Assembly: GCA_902767375.1 (NCBI GenBank)
Contig: CACXGV010000001.1
Coordinates: 1,080-65,079 of the forward strand
Length of the DNA: 64,000 bases
DNA from: an uncultured Erysipelotrichaceae bacterium
Lineage (GTDB): Bacteria > Bacillota_I > Bacilli_A > RF39 > UBA660
Direction of reading: 5' to 3'
The translations under genes were made by a program, and so were the position numbers. Below, one piece after another: positions 1 to 10,456 of the stretch (positions are counted from its first letter, which is position 1; every line of letters starts with the position of its first letter). A model generated the notes under the pieces. It did not search any database. It was not told the origin of the DNA and saw only the letters and a program-made list of their open reading frames with translations.

Positions 1-2225
1 TGAGTATAAGTTATACCATAATTACTATTTGTATCAAATGATGTAGTTTCATTATGATCACCATAACTTATATTATAATTCTTAACATGTTTAGTACCTG
101 TCTTAGATCCTGGAACAACTGAAGCTTCTGTTGTAACTTTAGGCCAATAATTTACAGCTTCCTTACTTATAGCCATATTAACAGTTTCTGTAATAGTTTC
201 AGTTCTTTCTGTTCCACCATAAACTTTTTGTTTATACTTAAAGTCTACTGTTGGAGCTAAATTATAATCCCAGAATGTTTCAATATCATTTCTTTGTTCA
301 CATTCTATTTTATATTTTTCAAGTGTTTTTCTATCTAAAACAGCAATATCATATAATTGTTTATCACCATCAGAATTGCTTTCTTTCCATGCTGTATAGG
401 CAGCTTTCTCTGCTTCAATAGCTGCTAAATAATCCTTTTCCCATTTTTCAACATTAGTATGCATAACTGCTTTAATATTACCTGTTACATATGGTTGTCT
501 AAAACAATTAGCTCCTGGATTGATACTATTAACACACTCTTCTTTATTAAGTTCATTGAAGATAAAGAATCTACCACTTGAAGCAATTGATGTACCAGGG
601 AAATATAAATTATTCTCTTCACTAGTAAATAACATACAATAATTATTCTTACCATCAATTGCAGGTAAAGTTTTACCTCCACCAGAAACTTCACTTCTTA
701 CATAAGTTTTATCCTGATAATTCGTAATACCTTCATTCTCATAGATTTTTCTTAAATTATCAGCATAAGCTCCATGTTCAGCTCTAGTTAAACGTTCCAT
801 TACTTTTTCCATTGGAAGTTGCCAAATATATGAGTGAGTATAATCTACATAAGATTCATTAGTACATGTAGTAGTTACTACTGAACCACTTGATGCAGTA
901 TCAATGACATTTTTACCTAACTTACTTCTTGTACCGCACTCATTTTCAAAGAATACAACATCATTTTCCATACAATAATTCTTATATTCTAAAATAGCAT
1001 CTTGATCTCTTAAATAGTTAGGATTTACTTCACAACATCCTGCATGTAAATATTCATATTCTGTAACTTCTTTACCATTTAAATTATATATAGCTTTACC
1101 ATCTACAACTTCATATTGGCAAGCAGAAGGAACTTCTGCAGTAACCGTAGCTGTTGCACTTAAAACTTTATCTTTATCTAAAATTACAAATCTTTGAGTT
1201 GGTAAATCTCCTTGACATACTCCACTTGTACCTGAACATCTAAGCATCGTTACAGATGAAATGTCATAAGGAAATTTATATCTATATTTAACTTTAATCT
1301 TAACTGACGTATCTTTTAAGATTAATTTATCACTTTCAATAATAACTTTTTGTTTCTTTGTTTCTAACAAATTACCAGAATTACCACTTAATCTGCAAGT
1401 AAAACCTTGTGCAGCTGAATCAGCATCAACTTCACAGCCTTGAACAGTCATACTAGCTGTATTCTTAAGTGAAGGAAAAGCTGCTAAAACTTTATCAATA
1501 TTTTCTGTTCCACTAACCTTAAATGTTAATTCCTTAGAATACTTTTTAGTACGATCAACTACATCTCTAGCCTCTGAAGTATCTTCAAACAATTTAATAT
1601 TAAAATTATCTAATTTAATAATGTTCATATCAATGCCAAGACTATCTATATAATTAGCGCAACTATTATAATGAGCACTTGGCCCTCCAGCAGCATAAAC
1701 TCCTGCACAGTACATTTTCTTAAGCATTCCCTTATTACCACCAGGATTAGAACTTAAAAAATCATTAGCATATCCCATAAAATATGGTGTTGGATTTCCA
1801 TAATATCCTCCAGAAATACCATTACCACTATTATGAATATATAATCTCATTGCATCATTAGCTAAATTAAATAATGTTGTATGATTTCCGCCTTCAGAAA
1901 CCTCTATTAAATATATACGATAAATAGCTGCAAGAGCTCTATCTCTTGAACTAGACATATCTAAACTTCTCGCTCTATCTATATATTTAGGATATTGGTT
2001 AGCAGCATCTATACAGAAAGCTGTTTGTCCATTAACAACATATTGCCACTCAGTAATACCATAACCTGAACTATTAGCGACATCTTTTATTACCCCAACA
2101 TCATATCTATTAGTATTACAAAAACCTTGTCCATCAGTTGATGAACTAGTACAAATATTAGGTACCGCATAAACTGTTGGAATAAATAATAACATTGCTA
2201 GAACAAATAATAAATACTTCTTCAT
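1..2225 (-). CDS. secreted cysteine-rich protein, function unknown (3' end lies beyond the left window edge)
   Basis: ATG at 2225. Hand translation of the minus strand gives MKKYLLFVLAMLLFIPTVYAVPNICTSSSTDGQGFCNTNRYDVGVIKD..., a Sec-type signal peptide. The frame stayed open for the ~170 codons I translated. The ORF is missing from the track, presumably because it has no in-window stop. Stop/start overlap TAATG with the upstream gene. Confidence 0.6.
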   Translation of the reverse strand, partial: MKKYLLFVLAMLLFIPTVYAVPNICTSSSTDGQGFCNTNRYDVGVIKDVANSSGYGITEWQYVVNGQTAFCIDAANQYPKYIDRARSLDMSSSRDRALAAIYRIYLIEVSEGGNHTTLFNLANDAMRLYIHNSGNGISGGYYGNPTPYFMGYANDFLSSNPGGNKGMLKKMYCAGVYAAGGPSAHYNSCANYIDSLGIDMNIIKLDNFNIKLFEDTSEARDVVDRTKKYSKELTFKVSGTENIDKVLAAFPSLKNTASMTVQGCEVDADSAAQGFTCRLSGNSGNLLETKKQKVIIESDKLILKDTSVKIKVKYRYKFPYDISSVTMLRCSGTSGVCQGDLPTQRFVILDKDKVLSATATVTAEVPSACQYEVVDGKAIYNLNGKEVTEYEYLHAGCCEVNPNYLRDQDAILEYKNYCMENDVVFFENECGTRSKLGKNVIDTASSGSVVTTTCTNESYVDYTHSYIWQLPMEKVMERLTRAEHGAYADNLRKIYENEGITNYQDKTYVRSEVSGGGKTLPAIDGKNNYCMLFTSEENNLYFPGTSIASSGRFFIFNELNKEECVNSINPGANCFRQPYVTGNIKAVMHTNVEKWEKDYLAAIEAEKAAYTAWKESNSDGDKQLYDIAVLDRKTLEKYKIECEQRNDIETFWDYNLAPTVDFKYKQKVYGGTERTETITETVNMAISKEAVNYWPKVTTEASVVPGSKTGTKHVKNYNISYGDHNETTSFDTNSNYGITYT

Positions 2226-2947
2226 TATAATTCACTCCTCTTTTTAGATATCACTAAGTAAGCAGCAACCCCAATTAAAACTACTCCACCACCAATTAAA
2301 ATATATAATTTATTTGCTTCAAAGAAATTCTCATTATCACGTGGTGTTATTTTAGAAGTTACATTAGGAGCCGTATTACCTGACTTATAATTCGTAACAT
2401 AATCATATAATGCAGACTCACTAACATTAACATCACTAGAAACATACTTTTGACAAACAGGTACATTTTGATGTTCTTGACATACTTGATAATCATAATA
2501 TGAATTTCTCATTGGCTTAACAAAATTAATTGATTTAATCTCCGTTAAACTACAATCAAGATTAGAATAAACTACAAATTTATAATTAATTAAATTATAT
2601 AAATCATCTACATCAAAACTATAATTACCATTAGTAGTATCACTATAATTAATTGTCTTTTTATCACTATTTATATCGTTAGATTGAAGTAAAAACATAT
2701 TCTTCGTAATATTATAAACTGTAATTCTAATTTTATCTTTAACTACCTCAGTTTCAAATCCAGAAGGATTAAACTCATCTTCTCCTTCACTTTTATACTT
2801 TGTTTTTTCTTCAATTATTTCATAATTGATTTTAATATTCTCTGCTTCCTTATTAATCTTACTTATTTCATCAGAAGTACATGTTCTAGCATTAACACTT
2901 AAAACACCAAACACTAATGAAAACAACAATACCAATACCTTTTTCAT
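2225..2947 (-). CDS. surface protein with signal peptide and C-terminal TM anchor, function unknown
   Basis: 240-aa ORF. N-terminus MKKVLVLLFSLVFGVLSVNA; C-terminal hydrophobic LYILIGGGVVLIGVAAYLVI followed by KKRSEL; 4 Cys in the ectodomain. Confidence 0.6.
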   Translation of the reverse strand: MKKVLVLLFSLVFGVLSVNARTCTSDEISKINKEAENIKINYEIIEEKTKYKSEGEDEFNPSGFETEVVKDKIRITVYNITKNMFLLQSNDINSDKKTINYSDTTNGNYSFDVDDLYNLINYKFVVYSNLDCSLTEIKSINFVKPMRNSYYDYQVCQEHQNVPVCQKYVSSDVNVSESALYDYVTNYKSGNTAPNVTSKITPRDNENFFEANKLYILIGGGVVLIGVAAYLVISKKRSEL

Positions 2948-3043
2948 ATATTCTCCTTATCATTCATAATAAGTATAACATAACAAACTATTTTTTTAAA
3001 CAATTTATTTTCAAATATGATAAAATTAAACTAGGTGAAATAC

Positions 3044-3895
3044 ATGACAAAACAAAAAGAAAAGAAAAATATCTTTAAAAAGTTCATAACTATAATATTT
3101 GTCCTTGGAGTTTTAACTATTCTTTATAGCCATTTTATTGGAACTAAAGGATTATTTATAAGAGAATATCCTATAATAAATAATAACATTCCAGAAAGCT
3201 TTAATGGTTTTAAAATAGTTCACTTCACTGATCTTCATTATGGTACAACTTATAAAAAGAAAGAAACTAATAAACTAGTAGCAACTATCAATGAATTAAA
3301 ACCTGATTTAGTCGTCTTTACTGGTGATTTATTAGACCAATACACTGATATGTCTGAACAAGACATTAAAGATTTATCCGATGCTTTAAATAGTATTAAC
3401 GCTACTGTAGGAAAATATATTGTAAGTGGAAATCATGATGGCGTAAATAAATCATTTAATAAAGTAATCGAACAACTAAACTTTACTTTCCTAGATAATA
3501 AAAATGAATTTATCTATTATCAAGATAAAACTCCAATTATTCTAGTAGGTTTATCTGATTATCTAGAACTACATACAGATATAGAAACAGCTTTTAATTA
3601 CGAAAATGAAGAAAACTATTACACTATCTTACTAGCTCACGAACCAGATTTAATTGATTCACTAGCCGATAAAAAAATAGATTTAATTCTTTCAGGTCAT
3701 TCTCATAATGGTCAAGTAAGAGCACCTTTTATTGGTAAAATTTATACTCCTGTAGGTTCTAAAAAGTATTATGATGAAAAATATGAATTAGATGATAAGC
3801 TATTATTCATCTCTGGTGGTCTTGGCACCAGCACTGCTGAATTTAGATTATTCTGTCATCCATCATTTAACTTCTATAGATTATATTCTAATTAA
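3044..3895 (+). CDS. metallophosphoesterase (calcineurin-like, YkuE/YaeI type), membrane-anchored
   Basis: Motifs HFTDLHYG, TGDLLD, SGNHD, SGHSHNGQ. ATG 3044 sits 6 nt after AGGTGA; the track start 3035 is a GTG inside that SD. Confidence 0.85.
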   Translation: MTKQKEKKNIFKKFITIIFVLGVLTILYSHFIGTKGLFIREYPIINNNIPESFNGFKIVHFTDLHYGTTYKKKETNKLVATINELKPDLVVFTGDLLDQYTDMSEQDIKDLSDALNSINATVGKYIVSGNHDGVNKSFNKVIEQLNFTFLDNKNEFIYYQDKTPIILVGLSDYLELHTDIETAFNYENEENYYTILLAHEPDLIDSLADKKIDLILSGHSHNGQVRAPFIGKIYTPVGSKKYYDEKYELDDKLLFISGGLGTSTAEFRLFCHPSFNFYRLYSN

Positions 3896-3901
3896 CAAAC
3901 C

Positions 3902-3939
3902 AAAACTCCTCTCATAAAATATTATGAAAGGAGTTTTTT
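3902..3939 (+). terminator. intrinsic terminator of the metallophosphoesterase gene; its 3' arm contains the SD of the next small ORF
   Basis: AAAACTCCT (3902-3910) pairs with AGGAGTTTT (3929-3937) across an 18-nt loop, followed by a T-run. Confidence 0.5.
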
Positions 3940-4140
3940 ATGTATAATAATTATCCAACCCAAGATAGACAATTCTTAGTACCTTTTCTCTTAGGCGGAA
4001 TTGGTGGAGCTGCTCTAAATAGTATAACTAGACCAAGACCAGTCTTTGTTAACTCTCCCTATCCACCATATCCAAGACCTACTTATGGCTACAACTACTA
4101 TGGAGGATATAACTATAATCCATACCCCTATTATAGATAA
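3940..4140 (+). CDS. small Pro/Tyr/Gly-rich protein
   Basis: 66-aa ORF with a strong SD (AGGAG 6 nt before the ATG). Low-complexity tail YGYNYYGGYNYNPYPYYR. Confidence 0.4.
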   Translation: MYNNYPTQDRQFLVPFLLGGIGGAALNSITRPRPVFVNSPYPPYPRPTYGYNYYGGYNYNPYPYYR

Positions 4141-4143
4141 GTA

Positions 4144-5157
4144 TCATTCGATACTTTTTTCTTTTAAAAGAAAACCAATTAAAATCATCATAGAAACTAA
4201 GGAAGAACCACCATAACTTAAAAAAGGAAGTGTTATTCCCATAATTGGAAATAATCCCACATTCATTAAAACATTAACAACATATTCAAAAAGAATAATT
4301 ATTACTACTGGTAATAATATATTTTTATCTACTTTTAAATTACATATTAAAACAAAAAGCAAATTATATACAAATAAAAATACTCCTGCTCCTATAATCC
4401 CTATATTAGCTATTAAACTTGTAAAAGCAAAATCAGTCGCACCTTCCGGAAAATATACTCTATCTCTAATTCCAAATAAACCCGAATTACTAATTGACTT
4501 TAAAGCCTCACCTATCTGATAACCCTCACCTTTAAAAAATAATGTAATTCTATCCATTCTATAAAAGAAAGATGTTCCAAATATCTTAATAAATAAATCT
4601 TGATTACCATAATATAAACCTAAAAATACTCCACCCAAAATAATTATTAATCCTAAAGGAACAATATAATAAAACTTGTTTAATCTTCTTAAAACTAAAA
4701 ACACTAAATAAATCATAAAATAAACTATAACTGCTCCTGTATCTGGTTCTAAAAAAGTTAGTATAGAAGGAATCAAAACAATTATAAAACTAATTAAAAA
4801 ATACTTTAAATCACTTATATTTTTTTTACTAAATTCTCTTAAATATAGAATTAAAAATATTTTCATAAACTCTGATACTTGTAAACTAATACTACCTATT
4901 TTAAGCCATATTTTAGCCCCATTAATACTACTTCCAAATAAAAGCGTTACTAAAAGTAATATATTTCCTAATACATATAAATAAATACTCTTATCCTCAA
5001 TATAATTAGTATTAATCTTTGATATAAAATATATACACCCAAAACCAACTACAAACCATATAATCTCCTTAATATAATAATCTCCCCCTATCATATATAA
5101 ATTACTAACACTAAAAAGCATAATTAAAATTAATAATATAATAATATATTTTTTCAT
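4144..5157 (-). CDS. SEDS-family cell-wall polymerase (FtsW/RodA/SpoVE)
   Basis: Polytopic membrane protein with the C-terminal family signature GITLPFLSYGGSSLV. Confidence 0.85.
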   Translation of the reverse strand: MKKYIIILLILIMLFSVSNLYMIGGDYYIKEIIWFVVGFGCIYFISKINTNYIEDKSIYLYVLGNILLLVTLLFGSSINGAKIWLKIGSISLQVSEFMKIFLILYLREFSKKNISDLKYFLISFIIVLIPSILTFLEPDTGAVIVYFMIYLVFLVLRRLNKFYYIVPLGLIIILGGVFLGLYYGNQDLFIKIFGTSFFYRMDRITLFFKGEGYQIGEALKSISNSGLFGIRDRVYFPEGATDFAFTSLIANIGIIGAGVFLFVYNLLFVLICNLKVDKNILLPVVIIILFEYVVNVLMNVGLFPIMGITLPFLSYGGSSLVSMMILIGFLLKEKSIE

Positions 5158-5204
5158 ATTAATATTTTAAACTTTAAAGAATATATTATACTAAAGGAGA
5201 ATAT

Positions 5205-5441
5205 ATGAAATTACCAGAAATATTTAAAAATAAAATTAAAAATCCCAATAATAATCAAAATGTTTACATATCTAAAGAAGAATCTAATCCCTTAGATAAT
5301 CTTCCTTCAAAAGTATTAATAACTACTAATGAAGGAGAAACATTTAAAACAACTATTATTAATCGAACTACTAATTATCTTATAACCAAAGATCGCAGAG
5401 TATTATCACTTAGTGACATTACCGATATTAAAAAAATATAA
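5205..5441 (+). CDS. hypothetical small protein
   Basis: 78-aa ORF with SD AAAGGAG upstream, followed by a bidirectional terminator. Confidence 0.4.
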   Translation: MKLPEIFKNKIKNPNNNQNVYISKEESNPLDNLPSKVLITTNEGETFKTTIINRTTNYLITKDRRVLSLSDITDIKKI

Positions 5442-5451
5442 CTTAAATAAA

Positions 5452-5475
5452 AAACATTCAATTACATGAATGTTT
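5452..5475. terminator. bidirectional terminator between convergent genes
   Basis: AAACATTCA / TGAATGTTT 9-bp stem with loop ATTACA. A-run on the left, T-run on the right. Confidence 0.6.
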
Positions 5476-6092
5476 TATTTTAGTTTTAAAATCTTTTCTT
5501 CGTAATCATCTGCCATACATACATATGAACCCGATACCACAATATCACAGTTTTTAGCATCTTCTACTGTCTCATTATTAATGCCACCATCAGCTTCAAT
5601 AACAAAATTACTTTTAATCTTCGCAAGTTCATCAATCTTATTAGTCATCCCTTTAATATAAGATTGACCTCCCTTTCCAGGATAAACTGTCATAACTAAA
5701 ACTGTATCAATTTTATTTAAATAAGGCATTAACATACTTATTGGTGTATCTGGATTAATAGCAAGACCACACTTAATACCATTATCATGAAGTAAATCTA
5801 TAAGCATTAAAGGATTTCTAACAGCTTCAATATGAAATGTAATATTATATGGTTTTAATTTAATATAATCTTCTATATAACTTAAAGGATCTTCTACCAT
5901 TAAATGAACATCTAATGGTAAATGATTATCTTTAACAAACATTTCAATATCATCAAAATCATAATTCTTATTTTCAACAAATTTTCCATCCATAATATCA
6001 ACATGTAAAAAATCTGCACTAGTTTGATTAATAATATCAATAGTTTCTTTTTCTAAATATTTACTTTTTATAAATGATACGGCTACTTTCAC
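5475..6092 (-). CDS. rpe: ribulose-phosphate 3-epimerase
   Basis: Motifs HVDIMDGKFV, DVHLMV, VMTVYPGKGGQ, EADGGIN. GTG start after GGTGA; overlaps the rsgA 3' end. Confidence 0.9.
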   Translation of the reverse strand: MKVAVSFIKSKYLEKETIDIINQTSADFLHVDIMDGKFVENKNYDFDDIEMFVKDNHLPLDVHLMVEDPLSYIEDYIKLKPYNITFHIEAVRNPLMLIDLLHDNGIKCGLAINPDTPISMLMPYLNKIDTVLVMTVYPGKGGQSYIKGMTNKIDELAKIKSNFVIEADGGINNETVEDAKNCDIVVSGSYVCMADDYEEKILKLK

Positions 6093-6912
6093 ATTCCATC
6101 ACCAACTTTAAATAATTCTCATATCTTGATTCTAAAATATCTTTACTATCTACTCTTTCTTTAACATTGCATCCTTGTTCATTTTTATGATAGCAGTCAC
6201 TAAACTTACAATCAAAACCAAATTCAATAAATGAATCTCGGATATTTTCTTTAGTTAACCCTTCCAAATCCAATGAACTAAAACCAGGAGTATCTGCTAT
6301 TAAAGATGTTTTATACTTAAATAATTCTGTATGTCTTGTCGTATGAACTCCTCTACCTAATGCTTTACTAATCTCATTAGTATCTAAATTAAAATTAGGA
6401 TTTAATCTATTTAATAAACTAGATTTACCTGCCCCTGTTTGACCAGTAAGCACTAAAGTCATACCTTTAGTTAATTCTTCTAACTTTTTAAGTTCACTAT
6501 TAGTAACTGCACTAATACCAATTCTATTATAATAATCATATATTTTATTAAATTCATTTAACTCATTTTCATTTAATAAATCTACTTTTGTAAAACATAT
6601 AATCGGTTTAATATTATTACTAATAATTAATGTTAATAATTTATCAAGTAGAAATAAACTTAAATTAGGTTCTTTAACTGATGTTACAATAATTGCCCCA
6701 TCAACATTCGCTATCGTTGGTCTATGTAAACTATTCTTACGAGGAAGAATATCTAATATATACGCATTTTCTTCATCAATAATTACTTTATCACCAACTA
6801 AAGGGGTAAGTTTTTGATGATAAAACTTACCCCTTGGTTTACAATTTATAAGTTTATCCCCCACTTCAACTGTACATAAATTACTAATAATTCTAACTAT
6901 CTTACCTTCCAT
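6061..6912 (-). CDS. rsgA: ribosome small-subunit-dependent GTPase A
   Basis: P-loop GQTGAGKSSLLN, circularly permuted GTPase order, C-terminal zinc knuckle CKFSDCYHKNEQGC. ATG at 6912, directly after the prkC stop. Confidence 0.9.
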   Translation of the reverse strand: MEGKIVRIISNLCTVEVGDKLINCKPRGKFYHQKLTPLVGDKVIIDEENAYILDILPRKNSLHRPTIANVDGAIIVTSVKEPNLSLFLLDKLLTLIISNNIKPIICFTKVDLLNENELNEFNKIYDYYNRIGISAVTNSELKKLEELTKGMTLVLTGQTGAGKSSLLNRLNPNFNLDTNEISKALGRGVHTTRHTELFKYKTSLIADTPGFSSLDLEGLTKENIRDSFIEFGFDCKFSDCYHKNEQGCNVKERVDSKDILESRYENYLKLVMECESSRIIYKK

Positions 6913-6913
6913 G

Positions 6914-8656
6914 TTAATCAATTATTTCTTCTCCATCTTCTTCTTCCGCAATATAAATTTTTAAAGTCATACCACGAATTATTTCAGTACCTGGAGTTTT
7001 ATTTTGTCTAAAGATAGTTCCTGGTTCATAACTATTATTTTGTTCATAAATAGTATCTAAAATTAATCCATACTTATCACAGAACGCTTCAATATCACTT
7101 AAACTATAATCTCCTGTTGTAAAATCAGGATAAGAATTTGAAATATTAGGAATATATAAAGTTATTGTATCTCCCTCTTTAACTTTAGTTCCAGCTTCTG
7201 GTTCCATTTTCATTATTTGACCAGCTTCAACCTTAGTAGTATCCTCAACCTCTTCATATTCAATAATAACGAATAATTTATTAACTTTTTCTAAAATAGT
7301 TTTAACTTCAATATAATTTTGACCAACATAATTATCTAATGTAATCGCATTTTCTCCACTAGATTCATAAATAACAATAGATGATCCTTTCTTAACTGTT
7401 CTACCTGCTCCTGGATCTGTTTTAACAACATCTCCCTCTTTAACTGTATCAGATTGAGCCGTTCTTCTTTCTGCCGATACCTTTAAACCATTTTCATTAA
7501 GTATCTCAATAGCTTCATTTAATGTCTTACCTGAAACATTAGGAACAGTTACATCATCAGTAGAAGTAAGTTTAGGAAGTAATAATACTATACAAGTAGT
7601 TACAATTGCTAAAGCAGCAAATATAAATCCTAAAATTAATAATATTTTATTTTCTTTTTTCTTTTCCATAGTATCATCCGAAATCTTCTTTACCTCAATT
7701 GGATTAGTATCCTCTGGCTTTACAAATTCCATTGTCTTTTCAATTTGTTTTTCTTTCTTTAAAGTATCAGTTTGATCAAACTCAGGATATTTATAAACAT
7801 ATTTAGCTTCATTTGCTCTAGATTCATCTAAACAAGTTGCTAAATCTTCATGCATTGCTCTAGCATCAGGATATCTATTCTTAGGATTTTTAGCTGCTGA
7901 TTTTAATATGACATTTTCTACCGCTTGAGGAATATCAGGAAGTTCTTTTCTAATACTTGGTAGAGGTTCTTTTAAATGCTTAAGCGCTATTTCTACTGCA
8001 TTATCTCCTCTATATGGTAAAGTCCCTGATAATAACTCATACATTAAAATACCCATTGAATAAATATCACTTTGTATTGTTGATCCTTTACCAGAAGCTT
8101 GCTCTGGTGGTAAATTATGAACACTACCCATTACACTATTAGTTTGTGTAAGCTGAGTACTATTAAGTGCCATTGCAATACCAAAATCAGTTATTTTAAC
8201 AATACCATTATCAAGTATCATAATATTTTGTGGTTTAATATCTCTATGAATTATATAAGAATCGTGAGCACAAGCCATTCCATCCGTAAGTTGTAACATA
8301 ATATCAACAACTTCATTTAAAGATAATTTTCCACGTTTCTTAAGTAATTGTTTAAGATGTTTACCATCAATATATTCCATTACAATATAGTAAATTCCAT
8401 TATCTTCTCCTACATCATAAACTTCCACAATATTGGGATGTGATAATGAACTAGCACTAAGTGCTTCTCTTTGGAATCTTCTAACAAACTTTTCATCAGT
8501 AGCTAAATCTCCTCTTAAGACTTTAACTGCTACATTTCTTTCTAAAATAGTATCATAGGCTAAATAAACATTAGCCATACCACCTTCACCAATCGTTTTT
8601 ATAATTTGATAACGATCATTTATCTTTTGACCCTTAGTTATCACTACTATCACCAT
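6914..8656 (-). CDS. prkC: Ser/Thr protein kinase with TM segment and extracellular PASTA repeats
   Basis: Hanks kinase motifs (GEGGMANVY, HRDIKPQN, DFG), a central TM segment, and three PASTA-like repeats at the C-terminus. Confidence 0.9.
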   Translation of the reverse strand: MVIVVITKGQKINDRYQIIKTIGEGGMANVYLAYDTILERNVAVKVLRGDLATDEKFVRRFQREALSASSLSHPNIVEVYDVGEDNGIYYIVMEYIDGKHLKQLLKKRGKLSLNEVVDIMLQLTDGMACAHDSYIIHRDIKPQNIMILDNGIVKITDFGIAMALNSTQLTQTNSVMGSVHNLPPEQASGKGSTIQSDIYSMGILMYELLSGTLPYRGDNAVEIALKHLKEPLPSIRKELPDIPQAVENVILKSAAKNPKNRYPDARAMHEDLATCLDESRANEAKYVYKYPEFDQTDTLKKEKQIEKTMEFVKPEDTNPIEVKKISDDTMEKKKENKILLILGFIFAALAIVTTCIVLLLPKLTSTDDVTVPNVSGKTLNEAIEILNENGLKVSAERRTAQSDTVKEGDVVKTDPGAGRTVKKGSSIVIYESSGENAITLDNYVGQNYIEVKTILEKVNKLFVIIEYEEVEDTTKVEAGQIMKMEPEAGTKVKEGDTITLYIPNISNSYPDFTTGDYSLSDIEAFCDKYGLILDTIYEQNNSYEPGTIFRQNKTPGTEIIRGMTLKIYIAEEEDGEEIID

Positions 8657-9386
8657 TTTCCTTTACTAAATAAGCAATTGAAATGTTGTCCGTTCCCCCT
8701 CTTGAATTGCATTTCTTAATAAGTTTAATAAGTTTTTCTTCTGAATTAATATCATCTTCTACTAATACAGCTTCGATTTGATCTTTAGTAAGCATATTAG
8801 TTAGTCCATCAGAACATAACATAATAGCATCTATATTTGGATCTACATCAAATATATCTGCATCTACCTTTTCTCCAGCTCCTAGAGCTTTCATTAAAAC
8901 ATTTTTCTTTGGATGATTAACTGCCTCTTCAGCTGTTAACTCACCCGTATCAACTAAAAAGTTAACTAAAGTATGTTCTTTTGTAATCTTATGTAACTTT
9001 TTATCTTTTAAAACATAACCTGAAGAATCTCCAATATTAACAAACATTAAAAATTCTTTAGTAAGTAAAGCCATAACTACAGTTGTTCCTAATCCTTGAC
9101 TATCAGGATTTTCTTCACCATACTTTAAAATATTATCATTAACTTCATCAATATTTTCTTTAAGCCAATTAACAGCATCTATCTTACTGCCTAAAGTTTG
9201 AGTTTCTGCAAAACGAGTTCCAATTTGAGTTACTACCATTGAAGAGGCTACCTCACCTGCACGATGTCCACCCATCCCATCAGCAACAATCATTAAATGC
9301 TCACCAGTAGCATTTTTTACAATTGTAACTGAATCTTCATTATGACTTCTTACTCTTCCTGTATCAGTTAAATAGAATGACTTCAT
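8634..9386 (-). CDS. prpC: PP2C-family Ser/Thr phosphatase
   Basis: Motifs RSHNEDS, ADGMGGH, GGTDNIS. ATG 9386 overlaps the rlmN stop. Confidence 0.9.
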   Translation of the reverse strand: MKSFYLTDTGRVRSHNEDSVTIVKNATGEHLMIVADGMGGHRAGEVASSMVVTQIGTRFAETQTLGSKIDAVNWLKENIDEVNDNILKYGEENPDSQGLGTTVVMALLTKEFLMFVNIGDSSGYVLKDKKLHKITKEHTLVNFLVDTGELTAEEAVNHPKKNVLMKALGAGEKVDADIFDVDPNIDAIMLCSDGLTNMLTKDQIEAVLVEDDINSEEKLIKLIKKCNSRGGTDNISIAYLVKENGDSSDN

Positions 9387-9387
9387 A

Positions 9388-10407
9388 TTAATCACCTTCT
9401 CTAGCTCTTAATTGACCACAAGCTGCATCAATTAAAGAACCAAATTCTTTTCTTATTGTAACATTAATCCCTTTTTTCTTTAAATAATCATAAAATGATC
9501 TAATTTGATCTTTTGATGATTTCTTAAACTCTATATGACTTGTTTCATTATAAGGAATTAAATTAACATAAGCATTCATTCCTCTTAGTAAATTAGATAA
9601 TTCTTCAGCACACTCTAAACTATCATTTACTTCTTTAAGCATAACATATTCTATAGTAATTCGTCTATTAGTTTTTGCAATATATTCCTTTAAAACTTCA
9701 ATTAAATCTTTAAGTGGATAAACCTTATTAATAGGCATTATCTTACTTCTTAATTCATCATTTGGTGCATGTAAACTAATTGCCAAATTAACTTGCAAAG
9801 GAAGCATCATAAATTCTCTAATCTTAGGTATTAACCCACAAGTACTAACAGTTATATGTCTAGCACCTATCGCTAAACCAAATGGATTATTAATAATCTT
9901 TATAAATCTTATAATCGCATCATAATTATCAAAAGGTTCCCCTATTCCCATAACTACAACACTATCTATTCTCTCCCCAAGATCTTTTTCAATCAACATT
10001 ATTTGTTCAACTATTTCATAAGCATCTAAATTTCTAACTTTTTTAAGCCTTCCACTTTCACAGAACTTACATCCCATATTGCATCCAACTTCAGAAGATA
10101 CACATATGCTAAGTCCATAATCATGTCTCATTAAAACTGTTTCTATAAAGTTACCATCTATAAGTTCAAATAAATATTTATTAGTTAAATCACTTTCCTG
10201 TTTAGTTTTAAGTTTAATATAATCAAAACTTACTTTATCATTTAATTTACTAATTAAATCCTTACTTAAATTTGTCATATCACTAAAAGAAGTAACCTTA
10301 TGTATATAAAGCCACTCCCAGATTTGCTTAGTCCTAAAAGATTTCTCTCCTAGTTCAAGTATTAATTCATTTAATTCATCAAATGTATAATCAAATATAT
10401 TTTTCAT
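9388..10407 (-). CDS. rlmN: 23S rRNA/tRNA (adenine-C2)-methyltransferase, radical SAM
   Basis: CNMGCKFCESG radical-SAM cluster motif, conserved C-terminal CGQL, and the usual position upstream of prpC-prkC. Confidence 0.9.
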   Translation of the reverse strand: MKNIFDYTFDELNELILELGEKSFRTKQIWEWLYIHKVTSFSDMTNLSKDLISKLNDKVSFDYIKLKTKQESDLTNKYLFELIDGNFIETVLMRHDYGLSICVSSEVGCNMGCKFCESGRLKKVRNLDAYEIVEQIMLIEKDLGERIDSVVVMGIGEPFDNYDAIIRFIKIINNPFGLAIGARHITVSTCGLIPKIREFMMLPLQVNLAISLHAPNDELRSKIMPINKVYPLKDLIEVLKEYIAKTNRRITIEYVMLKEVNDSLECAEELSNLLRGMNAYVNLIPYNETSHIEFKKSSKDQIRSFYDYLKKKGINVTIRKEFGSLIDAACGQLRAREGD

Positions 10408-10456
10408 AATACCTCATCATAATTATATCATAATACTAAAAAAACTGACAATAATA

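Noticed and set aside
485-694. 69-aa minus-strand ORF listed in the track near the left edge.
   Set aside because: It is out of frame inside the long edge-truncated gene that starts at 2225, and its translation is Ile/Leu/Val-rich noise.
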